Notes under the pieces: generated by a model
Seen by the model: the letters and a program-made list of their open reading frames with translations, nothing else
Told to the model about the DNA's origin: nothing
Database searches by the model: none
Made by a program: the position numbers and the translations under genes
Source of the DNA: Eledone cirrhosa
Lineage: Eukaryota
Direction of reading: 5' to 3'
DNA length: 64,000 bases
NCBI GenBank assembly: GCA_964016885.1
Contig: OZ024741.1
Location: forward strand, 265,050,001-265,114,000
Shown: piece by piece, positions 14,629 to 29,171 of the stretch
Position numbering within the stretch: position 1 is the stretch's first letter
Layout of the letters: every line of letters starts with the position of its first letter

Positions 14629-15261
14629 TAATAATTGTTTCTACTTTTGGCACAAGGCCAGCAAGTACCTCAGTGTATTACTGGTACTTTATTTAATCGA
14701 CCTCGTAAGGATGAAAGGCAAAGTTAACCTCGGTGGGATTTGAACTCAGAATGGCAAGGGACGTAACTCCATGCGTCAAAGCATGGCGTCCGACCCTCTA
14801 CCGATACTGCCAATCCAATCCTTCACTGTTGGTATGTATTTCTGTTTGTATTCCTTCATGTCATTTCTACAATGGTTGATAGGTGACAGACTCTTCTGGT
14901 GGTGGTGGTGGTGGTTGGGTGGTGTAGTGGTGGTGTAGTGGTGTGCTGTGGTGGAGTTGGTAGTAATGGTGTCGTTTGTGGTGGTGGTAGTAGTGATGGA
15001 GATGGTAGTGGTGATGATGGTGGTGGCGGCGGCGGGGGTGATGTGGTGTAGTTGGTGGTGATGGTAGTGGTGATAATTGTTTCTACTTTAGGCACAAGGC
15101 CAGCAATCACCCAGTGCATTACTGGTACTTCATTTTATCGACCCCGTAAGGATGAAAGGCAAAGTTAACCTCGGCGGGATTTGAACTCAGAATGGCAAGG
15201 GCCGTAACTCTATGCTGCAAAGCATGGCGTCCGACCCTCTACCGATACTGCCAACCCACCG
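14629..15261 (-). mobile_element. Two tRNA-derived SINEs (14629-14820, 15072-15261) separated by (GGT)n
   Basis: Full reverse-complement SINE copies. Confidence 0.9.
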
Positions 15262-15521
15262 ATAATGGTGGTGAGAAGAGAGAGAGGGTAACGAGTTGAT
15301 TGGATCAGTTGGAACGAATGTTTATAAAATGATATCTTATAAACATGTTAAGTCTTCTGAATATCTACCTGTAATTAGTCTCACTCATACCTTATTTTAA
15401 CAGCCAGGAAGGATTGTCTTCTCATTGTTGTTGTTGCTATTGGTGTTAGAATAATAATATTATTTAAAGAAATTATTATTATTGATTTTGTTGTTGTTGT
15501 TATTGTTATTATCATTATTAC

Positions 15522-15561
<40 letters not shown>

Positions 15562-15562
<1 letters not shown>

Positions 15563-15963
15563 GATTGGCAGTATCGGTAGAGGGTCGGACGCCATGCTTT
15601 GCAGCATATTTACGTCCCTTTACGGTCTGAGTTCAAATCTCGCCGAGGTTGACTTTGCCTTTCATCCTTACGAGGTCGATAAAATAAAGTACTAGTCGCG
15701 CACTGGGGTCGATTTAATCGACTTTCCCCTCTCCCAAAATTGCTGGCCTTGTGCCTATATAAGAAACCATTATTATTAGATTGGCAGTATCGGTAGAGGG
15801 TCGGACGCCATGCTTTGCAGCATAGAGTTACGGCCCTTGCCATTCTGAGTTCAAATCCCGCCGAGGTTAACTTTGCCTTCATCCTTATGGGGTCGATAAA
15901 ATAAAGTACCAGTAATACACTGAGGTACTTGCTGGCCTTGTGCCAAAAGTAGAAACAATTATT
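15562..15963 (+). mobile_element. Two tandem tRNA-derived SINEs
   Basis: attggcagtatcggtagagggtcggacgcc occurs twice, each after an (att)n tract. Confidence 0.9.
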
Positions 15964-16036
15964 ATTTCAAGTTAGTGGCAAGATATCGTCGAGTCGTTTC
16001 TCGACAAAACTACCCCCTACAACACTCCCACACCCC

Positions 16037-16129
<93 letters not shown>

Positions 16130-16221
16130 CGAGCATTAATCTTTTGAGGAAGGGGTTTCATCTCGAAATATAAGGATCTATAAAGAACTGCAGGGGAACA
16201 TCCGAACATCATTGTTACAAT

Positions 16222-16298
<77 letters not shown>

Positions 16299-16333
16299 CT
16301 CTCCCACCTTTCTCTCTCTCTCTCTCTCTTCCA

Positions 16334-16377
<44 letters not shown>

Positions 16378-16389
16378 CCTTTCTCTCTC

Positions 16390-16440
16390 TCTCGTCTGAT
16401 GATCATGTGGGTGCACAGGTGAAACTCCAGAGTAACAAGA
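16390..16440 (+). ncRNA. Type I hammerhead ribozyme
   Basis: tctcgt-CTGATGA-tca(tgtg ggtg caca)ggt-GAAA-ctc ca gag-T-A-acaaga. Stem I 5/6 paired, stem III actc/gagt, GUA triplet. Confidence 0.65.
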
Positions 16441-16504
16441 TTCACTACTTAGCCATAATAACTGAATGAATATATATATATAACTGAATGAATATATATA
16501 TATT

Positions 16505-16663
16505 CATGGACACACTAGAAGAGGAAGACCAAGGTTAACGTATGTTGATGCCCTAAGGACAGACACTGGTCTGTTGGAGACGCAGGACATGGCAGCGATA
16601 ATGAGGGACAGAGACCGCTGGAGAGAACTCGTCCATGGATCTCGGGAATTTTACCCGCCTTAG
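16505..16663 (+). mobile_element. 3' fragment of RTE LINE
   Basis: Near-identical to 24361-24520 (GRGRPRLTYVDALRTDTGL region). Confidence 0.9.
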
Positions 16664-16774
16664 AAAAATATAATTAAAAGTTTAACAAGATTCATTGAAT
16701 TAATCAATGAATAAAGTTTTACAATAGATTAGAAGCACTCAACAGTGAGGTTTTCTGGAGTTATTAATATTACT

Positions 16775-17003
16775 TCAAAATATTAGTAAATATAAACATT
16801 CATGTGATCAAATATAATTTATTATACATATTTCAGAGGTACTGAGCTAATCATCAGTACGTCCTCATCAAATAAAATAAATTCAGCTCAGTTGAGGTAT
16901 GTCAGACATCAATTTATTTTATCTGATGAGGACGTACTGATGAAATATGTATAATAAATTATATTTGATCACATGAATGTCTATATTTATTAATATTTTG
17001 AAG

Positions 17004-17005
<2 letters not shown>
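16775..17005. mobile_element. Head-to-head pair of hammerhead cassettes
   Basis: Minus copy 16817-16877: ttgatga-ggacgtactga..tcagtacctct-gaaa-tatgtat-a-ataaat. The plus copy from 16923 has an intact CTGATGA but a deleted stem II. The arms are inverted. Confidence 0.75.
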
Positions 17006-17079
<74 letters not shown>

Positions 17080-17126
17080 GGGTGTGTGTGTGCGTGTGGG
17101 TGGGTGTATGCATACATGTATATATA

Positions 17127-17168
<42 letters not shown>

Positions 17169-17260
17169 AGGGGAGAGAGAAAGAGAGAGATTGAGAAAGA
17201 GAAAGAGCGAAAGAGATTCTATGACTGACCATGTATGAGTATATGAGAGTATGTGTGAGA

Positions 17261-17344
<84 letters not shown>

Positions 17345-18047
17345 TATTTTCCAATGATACGCATGCCATATGCAACTTTAACACATACAATATTTATAGT
17401 TGAGCAAGAGAAGAGTAACATAAACCTGATATATTATAGAAATATTTAAAGCTTGGTAACAAAGACAAACATTGAAGAGAGAATAGATGTAGGCAATCGT
17501 ATCTAGCCAAATATATTTAATAATATATTTATTTATATACCATTTGACTTCATCTGTATACAGAACAATAAAATATAAAAGACTGGCGTAATTTGAACTC
17601 AGACCAACGACTTATTGAACTAAATACATTTAATAATTCAGTTAGTTATCGTTTCTATTGCTCGTTGTATGACGTCAAGTTTGATCTGTTGTAGATCTCA
17701 TTCATAATTTTCAGTTTACTACAAGAGATGAGGGGTTCAACTCTGTATATATGTATCAAAAATAGAAGTAATATATCGTAAATTCAGAGAAGATATTGGT
17801 GGTCCGTTATTCTCCACATTGTACGGCCCATAGTTATCCCTTTTTGTGACAATATTATAAACAACTAACTTTCCTCTGAGGATTCTGAATGGGTACATTT
17901 CTATGGATGTATACAGATCGTATGTAATTCCTTCTGTGAGCATACTACCGTAACCCATTCAGATGAAACAACTTCTAAGGAATAAAATATGTTGATAAGT
18001 GCCTTGGATTCTCCATCGTAAATTTCTATATATATATATGTATATAG

Positions 18048-18170
18048 TGAAGGCGCGTGGCTGGGTGGTTAGAGAACTGGATTCGCAATCGTGAGGTTGT
18101 GAGTTCGATTCCTGGACCGGGCGATGCGTTATGTCCTTGAGCAAGACACTTTACTTCAAGTTGCTCCTTC
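18048..18170 (+). mobile_element. Second tRNA-derived SINE family (also 23090-23293, minus strand)
   Basis: tggctgggtggttag A-box, gagttcgattcc B-box, gtccttgagcaagacacttta core. Confidence 0.8.
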
Positions 18171-18274
18171 TACCTGGAGTTGCGACTGATAGATAGTATC
18201 AGCAATTGGAAAGAACAACGGAAACATTGTTTCCTCGGTCCGATTTGACGAAAGTCGATCGACTGTCGATATAT

Positions 18275-18308
<34 letters not shown>

Positions 18309-18387
18309 AAAGTTGTATTTAAAGTTGTTGGGATACAACAAGTAAATATTTTTATAACTGATATATTTGTAAAACTGTTATATATTG

Positions 18388-18452
18388 TATTTTGTCTGAT
18401 GAAGGCATACCATAATTTAATGTGGTATCCCTGAAATATGTATAATGAAATA
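18388..18452 (+). ncRNA. Type I hammerhead ribozyme
   Basis: tattttgt-CTGATGA-agg c ataccata atttaa tgtggtat c cct-GAAA-tatgtat-A-atgaaata. Stem I 8 bp, stem II about 11 bp. Confidence 0.8.
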
Positions 18453-18491
18453 AATATGGTTTTATAAATATAGTTTCCATTTATTAATATC

Positions 18492-18570
<79 letters not shown>

Positions 18571-18573
<3 letters not shown>

Positions 18574-18866
18574 GAGGATAAGTAAAATAATTATCTGCAC
18601 TTTCACCATAAAATATCTTTAAGTTTGTCAGATGCCTTCTGTTCCTGCATGCTTCTTTTTGGTATTGTTGTGGTCACATGATCGAAGGTTGAGCTGGATC
18701 TCGCCAGTTTTCTTGCTGTTGTGCAGAGTGGGAAGAGTGAGAGAGAAAGTCTACGGTGCTGAGAGAGGGGAAACTTCAAAACAGTGGAATATACTATGTA
18801 GGCAGAGAAGAGGCTTGCTGAATACGAGCTGAAACCGCTTGGTGTCGCGGTCGGGTTTTTACTTCC

Positions 18867-18870
<4 letters not shown>
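18571..18870. mobile_element. Mariner-like non-autonomous fragment
   Basis: Starts TACGAGGATAAGTAAAATAATTATCTGCACT, a mariner-type terminus, in (TA)n. The right end is degenerate. Confidence 0.45.
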
Positions 18871-18964
<94 letters not shown>

Positions 18965-19045
18965 CCTATTACCCACTCTACTACCCTAAGTATTGAGTAC
19001 TCTGGTGCGTTATGGTCCATCTGGTTCCTTACCACACTTCCTTCG

Positions 19046-19083
<38 letters not shown>

Positions 19084-19197
19084 CAAACTTAGGGTAGTAG
19101 AGTGGGTAATAGGAAAATGTTTAACCCTGACGGCAGAGCTCAAGCCGTTTCGACGGCTATTTATGGACTCTGGAGCTCTACCGTCGGGGTTAAACAT

Positions 19198-19228
<31 letters not shown>

Positions 19229-19355
19229 AAGGCTTCTACAGGACTAGAACTGTTTCTAGTCCTGTAGAATCCTTTCTATATTAAATATTTATACTCTGCT
19301 TTGTATTGAGTACCTTACTTATTGTGGTTACCCCTGATTGAACTCGGGATGAACT

Positions 19356-19387
<32 letters not shown>

Positions 19388-19388
19388 C

Positions 19389-19445
<57 letters not shown>

Positions 19446-19545
19446 TATATATCATGTTATTTTCGTTTGTTTTTATTTTACTTTACTTCGGCTACATTTA
19501 TTTTCTTTATCAATCCTTTGTTATCCTGTCCCTATTTTAGAACTC

Positions 19546-19572
19546 CCGAAGAAGGGCTAAAGCCCGACACGT
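19546..19572 (+). ncRNA. Decayed PLE-type minimal hammerhead
   Basis: ccgaaga-agggc taaa gccc-gacacgt: two core mismatches, stem II intact. Confidence 0.45.
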
Positions 19573-20066
19573 CGAACATTCTTTCCTCTTTTCCATATTA
19601 AGCGTGAAATTAATATGACTTTTTGTACCTGTTTTGGCAGTCGTAAAGAATGCTTTACGGAACTCGTCCCATCCCATTTGGCGCTCTGAGTTCAAATCCC
19701 TTCGTGGTCAACTTTGCCTTTCACCCTTTCTAAGTCGAAAAAAAAAGTACCAGTCCAGTACTAGGGTCGACTCTTCCTCTATAGAAAAATTCGGCTGTGT
19801 TCAGACTTGGAGAGGGGTGGGCTCCGCCAGGTTTAAAAGTGCCCTAGACACGCCGTATTACGGTGCCTCTACCACTCCACAAGGAGGTATGGGGGATCTT
19901 GTTGGAAAATCTGCTTCGTAGAATCAAGACGTATCTGAGGACCTTGCGATTTTCAGAGTCAGGTGCGATCATCACATCGATCCGGCCTCGAAATGGTCGC
20001 CAGAGAAACGATTGTAATATGTCCAATAACTTCCATTCGTCGCAACACTGATTCTTTTTTTCTGTG

Positions 20067-20166
<100 letters not shown>

Positions 20167-20520
20167 TCCAGAAATAGCCGTCGAAACGGTTTGAGATCTG
20201 CCGTTGGGGTCCTGACTCTTTTCCTATTACCCACTCTACTACCCAAAGTATGGAGTACTCTGGTGCGTTATGGTCCACCTGGTTCCTTACCACACTTCCT
20301 TCGTTACATATATACATATATATATATATATATATACAGATCAGCCATTTTGTAAGGCGGCGGTGTCAGTAGCATGTCGTATATCTCGTATATAAATCCT
20401 TACTTCCACTAACATCCGGCAGTTAATTCATTCATCACCTATTCGTCAAGTCAGTGATTCTCAGACAAGAAGACATGGAATGTATGATGGGGGGGGGGTT
20501 ATAACTGTTGAAGAGTCAGG

Positions 20521-20595
<75 letters not shown>

Positions 20596-20658
20596 CACAC
20601 AGGAAGATAGTGACAGAGAATCAGAGAGACAGAGAGAGACAGCCAGACACAGAGAGAG

Positions 20659-20729
<71 letters not shown>

Positions 20730-20783
20730 AAAGAAAGAGAGAGATAGACAGAGATAGACAGAGACAGACAGACACAGAGAGAG

Positions 20784-20846
<63 letters not shown>

Positions 20847-21215
20847 AGAAAGAAAGAGAGAGATAGACAGAGATAGACAGAGACAGACAGATAGACTGAT
20901 AAAGAGAGAAAGAGTAACTGTGACTTGCAACCAAAGATGAAACAATATCATGTGATCTTTTTCCCGTGGGAACAATAATAGTAATAATATCAGTAACAGT
21001 AATAATACTGAATGTATATAGTAAGGTTATATTTATATGGTTTTACAATGGTGTAGGCCCCTCCTTGGTGATGTGCTTTCTAAATTAGATTGTCAACGGA
21101 AGAGGCCAGTGTAACTTACTGACTTCTATCATAAACAAATATAGGTAAATATATATATGCATGTATATATATACAAATAAAATATAGAGTTAATAACTCA
21201 TATAGACACCCTGCA

Positions 21216-21283
<68 letters not shown>

Positions 21284-21284
21284 T

Positions 21285-21695
21285 TCGTTTCTGAATTTGT
21301 TTAGCAAGATTCTTTATCTGAAAACGTGTGTTGAAACCGATATTGTTATACTTTGGGAGGGTCATGTTACCAATAAGAAACACACGCACCAGTTGCTTTC
21401 ACTTCAATGTATTATAATAAATTTATAAATTTAGACACAGAAACAAGATGGCGTAGGACAGAACAAAGGAGAGGCACAAAAACAAAGAAAAGAATCCCCA
21501 GTCACTGAAGAGGTCACAGAATGTGTGACGAAAGAACTTTGACAATATATAAACAACCATCTGGTTGTGGAACCAACCAACCAACCGGAAATTTATAAAT
21601 TCCTAAATTTATAAATTTATTATAATAAATTGAAGTGAAATCAACTGGTGCGTGTGTTTCTTATTGGCAACATGACCCTCCCAAAGTATAACAAT
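21285..21695. mobile_element. Fold-back cassette family E containing a hammerhead at 21501-21543 (related: 23570-23790, 39318-39720)
   Basis: gtca-CTGAAGA-ggtcaca gaatg tgtgac-GAAA-gaact-t-tgac. Inverted arms tattgttatactttgggagggtcatgtt / aacatgaccctcccaaagtataacaata. Confidence 0.75.
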
Positions 21696-21734
21696 ATATA
21701 TATATATATTTGAGTAAGTGTTGGTTGGTTATTA

Positions 21735-21798
<64 letters not shown>

Positions 21799-21961
21799 AT
21801 ATTTTGGGAGGGCTATCTGTTTACAAACAAACCGAACATTATAATAAATGTACGGTAAACCCATACGTACATATATATATATATGTGTGTGCATGAATGT
21901 ATATATATATACATACTACTGTACGTCTGTATACATATATGTATGTACGTATACATACTTA

Positions 21962-22058
<97 letters not shown>

Positions 22059-23919
22059 AGTACATCTACCAACATATGCGTACAGATGTACACTAATGCT
22101 AGCAAATATATAAGTTATGTCATAGTACCTAGGTGGTTCAACAGTCAGGGCCATATTTAATGGAGGCGATGGAAGGCAACTGCCCCTGCAGTGGAGGCCC
22201 CTCCAGCGACGGCTGTAGCAATTTATTTGTGCCCTCTGCTGGGCTTTTTAGTTTTAGGATAGTTAGAAGTTTTTAATCTAATACCTGTATATATAACTTT
22301 ACAATTCTAATTACTTGCACCAGACACCAAGCTGACTTTGATGTGTGAAATTGGGGGCTTTGAAGTGCCCCACAACCCCCACCCCAAGTCTAAATCCTAC
22401 TCTAGTAATAGTCTACAATCGGTTATACTATAATTTACTTTTTCTTTTTCTCTTCATATTTAAAAGATTCTGTTGATTTATTTCAAAAATAGTCAATTAC
22501 TGGTAGGTTAGTGTGTTTATTTTAATACTATACTGTAAAGGTAAAGACCCCTTTCAGTCACGAATGAACATGGGATTTGCACCTAGAAAGTTCCCCCTCC
22601 CAGGCCCAAGTTAAGGCCAGGTTGTTTGTGGAAGACCAACAGTCTTCGTATAGCAATCTCCCCTCTCCACGTAACAGATATTGTCAAAGGGGAAATCAAA
22701 GGCCAATACAACTTGGCACCAGTGACATCGCATCTCATTTCTACAGCTGAGTGAATTAAAACAACGTGAAATTTTATTTTTATTTAATTAATTCAAGCAC
22801 AAGGCCAGCAGTTTTGGGGTAGATAAAAGTCCCTCAAATCGACCATAGTAATTCACAGTACTTTATCGATTCCGGAAGGCTGAAAGGTAAAATGAACTCG
22901 AGGCTATAGTACAAGACACATACCCAACCCACAGTGCCACACAGTGTGAGTGAACCCGACTCCTCGTGGTTGTGAATCGAACTTCTTAACTACACAGTTA
23001 TCTGTCTGTCTGTCTTGAGCCCGGAAGCTCCTCAGGCCACTACTTATCCCGGCCTGATGAGCTTCCGCGGCGTGAAGTGACTGAGTGTACAAGAGTTCCC
23101 CTTGGACAGGACGCCAGTCCATCGCAGTGTTAAACTTCCAGCTATTGCTGTTAGTACTCATTTTCAGCTGAGTATACTGGAGCAACATGAAATGAGGTTT
23201 GTTGTTCAAGAACACAACACGCAACCCAGGCCAGGAATCGAACTCATTATGATCTTAAGTCCAATATATTTACCACTAGGCCACGCGCTTCCACACACAA
23301 CTATGTCTACGTCTATTTGTATAACATATCACAGCCTTTACATTTTAAACATGGAAGTCTATTAAAATCAATATAATTTCCATTAAAATCAAATAAAAAT
23401 ACCCAGACTATTTAAACATTAAATTAAACTATGCTGTTGAGACGAACAACATCAACCAGTAGTAGGCTATCCCCAAAATATAATGGGCCACTCTTGGAAG
23501 AATTGAAGCTATTTCATGCCTCCTCTTCACTTCTCCCCAAAATACTTCAGATCCATTTTTAATTGTATCAGTTCACAAAAACAAGATTGTGTAAGGCAGA
23601 ACAAATGAGAGATACAAAATAACAACAAGAGTAGTCGTTGATGAGGTCACATTATGTGTGACAAAAGAGTTTTGATGACAATCAACAACTAAACAACCAA
23701 CCAGTTATTAAACTAACCGACTGGGAACTTATAATGATAAATTGAAAGGAAATCCAACAGGTGCATCACCCTCCTAATGTATTACAACATGTCTGAACAC
23801 GGGTTTTCAAATAAAAAGTCTTGCGAAACAAATACAAAAATGAAGTGTATACCTACATACATACATTCTCTACCAAAATATCTGGTAGAGAATGTTAAGA
23901 AGCCAAAGGGGATTACTAA

Positions 23920-24530
23920 TGTAGGCTGGAAGCCGCTAGAGTTGGTTGACGATTTCCTGTATTTGGGAGCAAAGATTGGGAATACAGAGGATGATGTGGT
24001 CGAGAGGAAGATCAAAGCCTAGGCAGCGTACCCCAGCTTGAGATCGGTGTGGAAGTCGGACCTTCGTAAAGACCTGAAGATCCGCCTCTGCATTGCTGAG
24101 TGGGGTCTGTGCTGCTATACGGGTCTGAGACTTGGTCACTGACCAAGAAACTCACCCAGATGGTGGATGGGTGCTACACGAGAATGCTGAGGATGGCTCT
24201 GAACATTAATCAGTATACACTGAGGATGAAAAGCTCAGAACTGTATGGGAGCCTCCCAAAAGTCAGCTCAAAAGTGACACAGAGGAGACTGAGGTTAGCT
24301 GGACATGCTCACCGACATCCAGAGTTGACACTGCACTCAGTGTTCCTGTGGGAGCCCCTACATGGACACACTGGAAGAGGAAGACCGAGGTTAACATATG
24401 TTGATGCCCTAAGGACAGACACTGGTCTGTTGGAGACGCAGGACATGGCAGCGATAATGAGGGACAGAGACCGCTGGAGAGAACCTCGTCCATGGATCTC
24501 GGGAATTTTACCCGCCCCAGATAGATAGAT
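23920..24530 (+). mobile_element. 5'-truncated RTE-clade LINE (RT C-terminus), pseudogenised
   Basis: LELVDDFLYLG...VLLYGSETW...RMLRMALNI...RRLRLAGH...GRGRPRLTYVD, with an in-frame stop, a frameshift and a (TAGA) tail. Confidence 0.92.
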
Positions 24531-24533
24531 ATG

Positions 24534-24583
<50 letters not shown>

Positions 24584-24626
24584 GGGGGGGGGTGTATAAA
24601 TATATATGTGTGTGTATGTATGTATG

Positions 24627-24771
24627 TCTAGGGCGGGTAAAATTCCCGAGATCCATGGACGAGGTTCTCTCCAGCGGTCTCTGTCCCTCATTATCACTGC
24701 CATGTCCTGCGTCTCCAACAGACCAGTGTCTGTCCTTAGGGCATCAACATACGTTAACCTCGGTCTTCCTC
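24627..24771 (-). mobile_element. Inverted 3' fragment of the same RTE LINE
   Basis: Reverse complement of 24378-24520, with a (CATA) tail. Confidence 0.9.
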
Positions 24772-25033
24772 TTGATCATACCCACAAAACTGAGAAGTGG
24801 CGGATACTACCCTTTCATGCTTTATGTTTCAAGTGGCAGATCATCTCTGACCCCAGTAAACCAGCCAATAATCAAAGACGTCCAAACCATTGACATCCCC
24901 TCGTTCCATATAGTGATGGCAGTGGTAGTGACGGTGGTGACGTTAGTGGTAGTAGTCATTGTGTAAATGTATGATAAATTCGTTAGTGTTCCAGCATGGC
25001 CAACGTCCAATGTCTGAAACCAGTTTAGAAGTC

Positions 25034-25140
<107 letters not shown>

Positions 25141-25220
25141 ATATATATATATATATATATACCCGTTAATGCTCCAACATGGCCACTCCCAATGACTGAA
25201 ACAAATTTAAAAGTATGTAA

Positions 25221-25257
<37 letters not shown>

Positions 25258-25258
<1 letters not shown>

Positions 25259-25730
25259 AATTTATATCTAGTAACATCTATATACACACAGATGCATATC
25301 AATGCTAGCAAATATATAGGTTTTGTCTTATTAACATTGTGGTTCAATGCATGGGGTTGCAGAACAATAATATGAGAGACGTAAAATAAGAAAATTATAA
25401 AATTAACTTACTTACTGATTGACCTCGATGTCACGTGATTGATTCTTTTTGAATTTGCCACAGACGTAGAGGCAGTGATTTTCTCAATGGCTAGGAATCC
25501 AGTCCACGCTTCGCTATTTCCTTACCACTGAATTATTTTTTTAAATAAGTTTCCAGAGTCCTCGCTATGCCTGGAGACTTACACGGAAAAAGACTTTCCT
25601 GATGACGGAATGATTTTTTATATGTTTCTTCGGAAAATATATTTACTCCATTCCAGAAACTAATTAGTTGGAAGTGATTTTTTAGTAAGTAAGTTAATTT
25701 TATAATTTTCTTATTTTACGTCTCTCATAT
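25258..25730. mobile_element. Fold-back cassette family D (also 33857-33930, 39763-39958, 22058-22142)
   Basis: Arms atatgagagacgtaaaataagaaaattataaaattaacttacttact / agtaagtaagttaattttataattttcttattttacgtctctcatat. Confidence 0.8.
25593..25675 (+). ncRNA. Type I hammerhead with 50-nt stem II domain
   Basis: actttc-CTGATGA-c ggaatg...cattcc a-GAAA-ctaattagt-T-ggaagt. Palindromic stem III ACTAATTAGT, GUU triplet. Confidence 0.75.
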
Positions 25731-25764
<34 letters not shown>

Positions 25765-26949
25765 CAAAGGAATTGTGGTAAGGAACCAGATGGACCATAA
25801 CACACCAGAGTATTCAATACTTAGGGTAGTAGAGTGGGAAATAGGAAAAAGTATGACCCCGACGGCAGAGCTCAAGCCGTTTCGACGGCTATTTCTGGAC
25901 TAAATTAGAATTTTTAGCCTGGTGAATAAATAGCCGAACTTTTCAAGGGGGTACTTCCTTATATGGGAAGATTGTGGTTGTCAAGAGGACCCGAGTGTGT
26001 AGACAAGGGCTGATACCCACCTACTTGCCGAATAAGTTAGGGGAAACCCCAGCTTACTTAGGTAGATGTATCTCTTTTCTTTTCTTTTCCTCTTTGTCTT
26101 CTTCCCCCTGTCTCATCCTATCACTTCCTTCCACCCCTATTTTCTTCCTCGTCTGCTTTTCTCCTTTCGCCTACCCCGATGCAGCCCATCGGGCCTCTGT
26201 AGCATCAGTTCCCCCACCCCTGTATTTTAAAGATAGAATAGGCCGAATACGTTTTACTAACTACTTACAGCAGACGTGTTAAACCCCTTTAATTCTGTAT
26301 CAGTTCTGGTACTACTCAATTTCTACAAGTTTTTTTTCTATTCTCAACTTATTAACCTGTAATTGTAAGATAGCTTTGTGATTTCTTTATTCATTTCTCA
26401 CTATCTAATTTTATATATTTTTTTCTTTCTTTCTATTATCTTTTATTGTCTCCTACTCTCATTCGATTTATCTATTCTATAACCTCCCTCCTCCACTTCA
26501 TACATTATTCTGCTGTATACATATCACTTTCAACGCTTGACCGCTCCACTCACTCCCCTATTGTTCTACAACAAGTTCAGCCACCCTACCTCCCACCAAA
26601 TGCCATGATAGACTTATTTGTGTTTACAACAAATTTTAACCAATCCTCTTGACAACTACAATCTTCCCATATAAGGAAGTATCCCCTTGAAAAGTTCGGC
26701 TATTTATTCACCAGGCTAAAAATTCTAATTTAGTCCAGAAATAACCGTCGAAACGGCTTGAGCTCTGCCGTCGGGGTCATACTTTTTCCTATATATATAT
26801 ATATATATACAAACAAACTGAACATTATAATAAATGTTCGGTAAACCCATACGTACATATATATGTGTGCATGTATGTATATACATACTACTGTACGTCT
26901 GTATACATACTTATATATATATATATATATACACATATATATATATAAA

Positions 26950-27360
26950 GTAAATCCATAGAATCATTAGATAAAATATATACAGTATTTCTTCTCCCAA
27001 TCAGCATAAATCAACCACACAAAAATTCATTTAAACGAGGCTATGAAGAAACCATAGATATAGCTTCTTATCAGCGGTTCATAGCTACAGAAAATTTACC
27101 TAGTATTTCTAATAGTCTGTAGAAATTGACTAGACATATAGTTAACCATACATAATTAGGTACAAAATCAAAGTTAGAAGAAAAAATGTACATAAACCTT
27201 ACCAAAATCATCAAAATATCTCTAGCCCCGGCGGTTTCATTCCATTTTTGGATATATCCGATCTGGGATAAATCAGCGAGGTTGGAAATCATAGGACAAA
27301 TAGGACAAAGATTTTCTTACATGATCCCTACCAGAAACGAATTCAAAATAGCTAAGAATC
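26950..27360 (-). mobile_element. Diverged inverted relative of the 33420-33830 hammerhead cassette
   Basis: Shares acctaatt.tgtatggtt, ttcttctaacttt and ttttatctaat with the 33420 copy. Confidence 0.65.
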
Positions 27361-27866
27361 ATCACGTGGCTAGTGGTCAAGGCAGAAAGTTTGTGATTGG
27401 TGCCTGTCGGCTAGTAGGCTGGTTGCTAGAAAGCGCTGCCGAATAATATATATTTAGGCTGCTCAGCCGTTAATATGCATAAGGAAAGTATATACTTTCA
27501 GACGTTCAACCATCTGACAGAAAGGTATACGATGCTGACGATAGTTAATAAGCTTGAAACTAGTACATCGTTCCTGTGTCCGTGTTGAACAAAAAGGTGA
27601 CGATGGTTGCCTGAACACTGTACGGCGTAATTCGGGCTGTTTGTTTACAAACAAACCGAGTATTATAATAAATGTTCGGTAAACCCATACGTACATATAT
27701 ATATATATGTGTGCATGTATGTATATATATACATACTACTGTACGTCTGTATACATATATGTATGTACGTATACATACATACTTACATTTAAGTACCAGC
27801 CGTACTAAGAGTGAGACATGAAATTTCGTTTCATTCTTTTGCATATATATAAATATATATAAATAT

Positions 27867-27996
<130 letters not shown>

Positions 27997-29171
27997 TAGT
28001 GTTCCAGCATGGCCACTCCCAATGATTGAAACCAGTTTAAAAGTATGTAAATATGTATCCATCAGTTGCTCTTTAGCCCTTAGTAGTTCTTTCGTCCATC
28101 CGAAGTCGATAAAAAAGTACCAGTTTGGTACTGGGGTCGATTCTTCCTCTATATCTCTTTCTCACTTCTTCTCCTACCACTTTCTACCATTCTCTGGAAG
28201 AAATCTTCTGTATTCAAACCTGGAAAGGAGATGGGCCTAGCCAGGTTTTTAAATATGCCCTAGAAACACCGTATTTCAATATCGCGTCCCTACGACTCCC
28301 TCGGGACTTACAGGACCGGTAGTAAGAAAATCTCAGGAGAGCTGGACAGCAGAAGGTCTTCAGAGAATAACCGCTCCCTTCCATCCAGCATATGCTTCGG
28401 CTCTCAACTTCTTAACAGACAATCGTTGACTCACGGAGCGGAGTTGGCCGCCCACAAGTACGGACCCTGCGAAGTGGATTGGCTGTTCCAATGCATCTCG
28501 CCCGCCGTCCTCCGGGTCAATGCATTCTCCATCCTGTCTGTAGGGACCCGGAGGCGGAGGGCAAGTTAGTTGGTAGTGAAGGATACTCGTTCAAACGTCA
28601 CTTTCACACACGTATTGAATGCAGGCTACATGTGTTTAGTTATCTGATAGTTCCTGTATACATAAAATATCTAAAACTTTCCTGAGATTATAGAGTTAAC
28701 ATATATACCACCGATATTAACCTCCACCTACGCTTTAACATAATCACTAAACATACAAAATTCAGTGCGTCATTACACATGCACCTCCTTCTCTAATAAC
28801 GCACAGCCCGGATTCACCGGATCTATAATCTAAGATATTCCAGAAATGACCATCCTTGTTTATTCGTTTATCATTGACTACATTGTTAAACGTATCCTTC
28901 TTTCATCTTTTGTTCATTATTGTTTTATTATTCTAATATTATTTTCAGGGTGGTGGAGGCCTGATTTCAGTCAGATTTGGCTGTTATTTCTAGAAGATCA
29001 AGTGATTACGTAGAGGCGCCATCATTTCATACAGTAGCAATCATTAGACAGAGATTTGTAAGAAAAGTACAGAGACAGTATCATTGATAGAATGAATCGA
29101 TTGGAGATGTCTATTGTTGGTCTATTTAAAGAAATCACTGAAGGAAGCGAAATAGATTTCTCTGTTGAATA

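Noticed and set aside
17700-18030. Unique-looking segment as a coding exon
   Set aside because: Stops in the plus frames and no recognisable domain in the 73-aa minus ORF.
23020-23075. CTGATGAG as a hammerhead
   Set aside because: It lies in a simple hairpin of a SINE 3' part, with no properly placed GAAA or stems.
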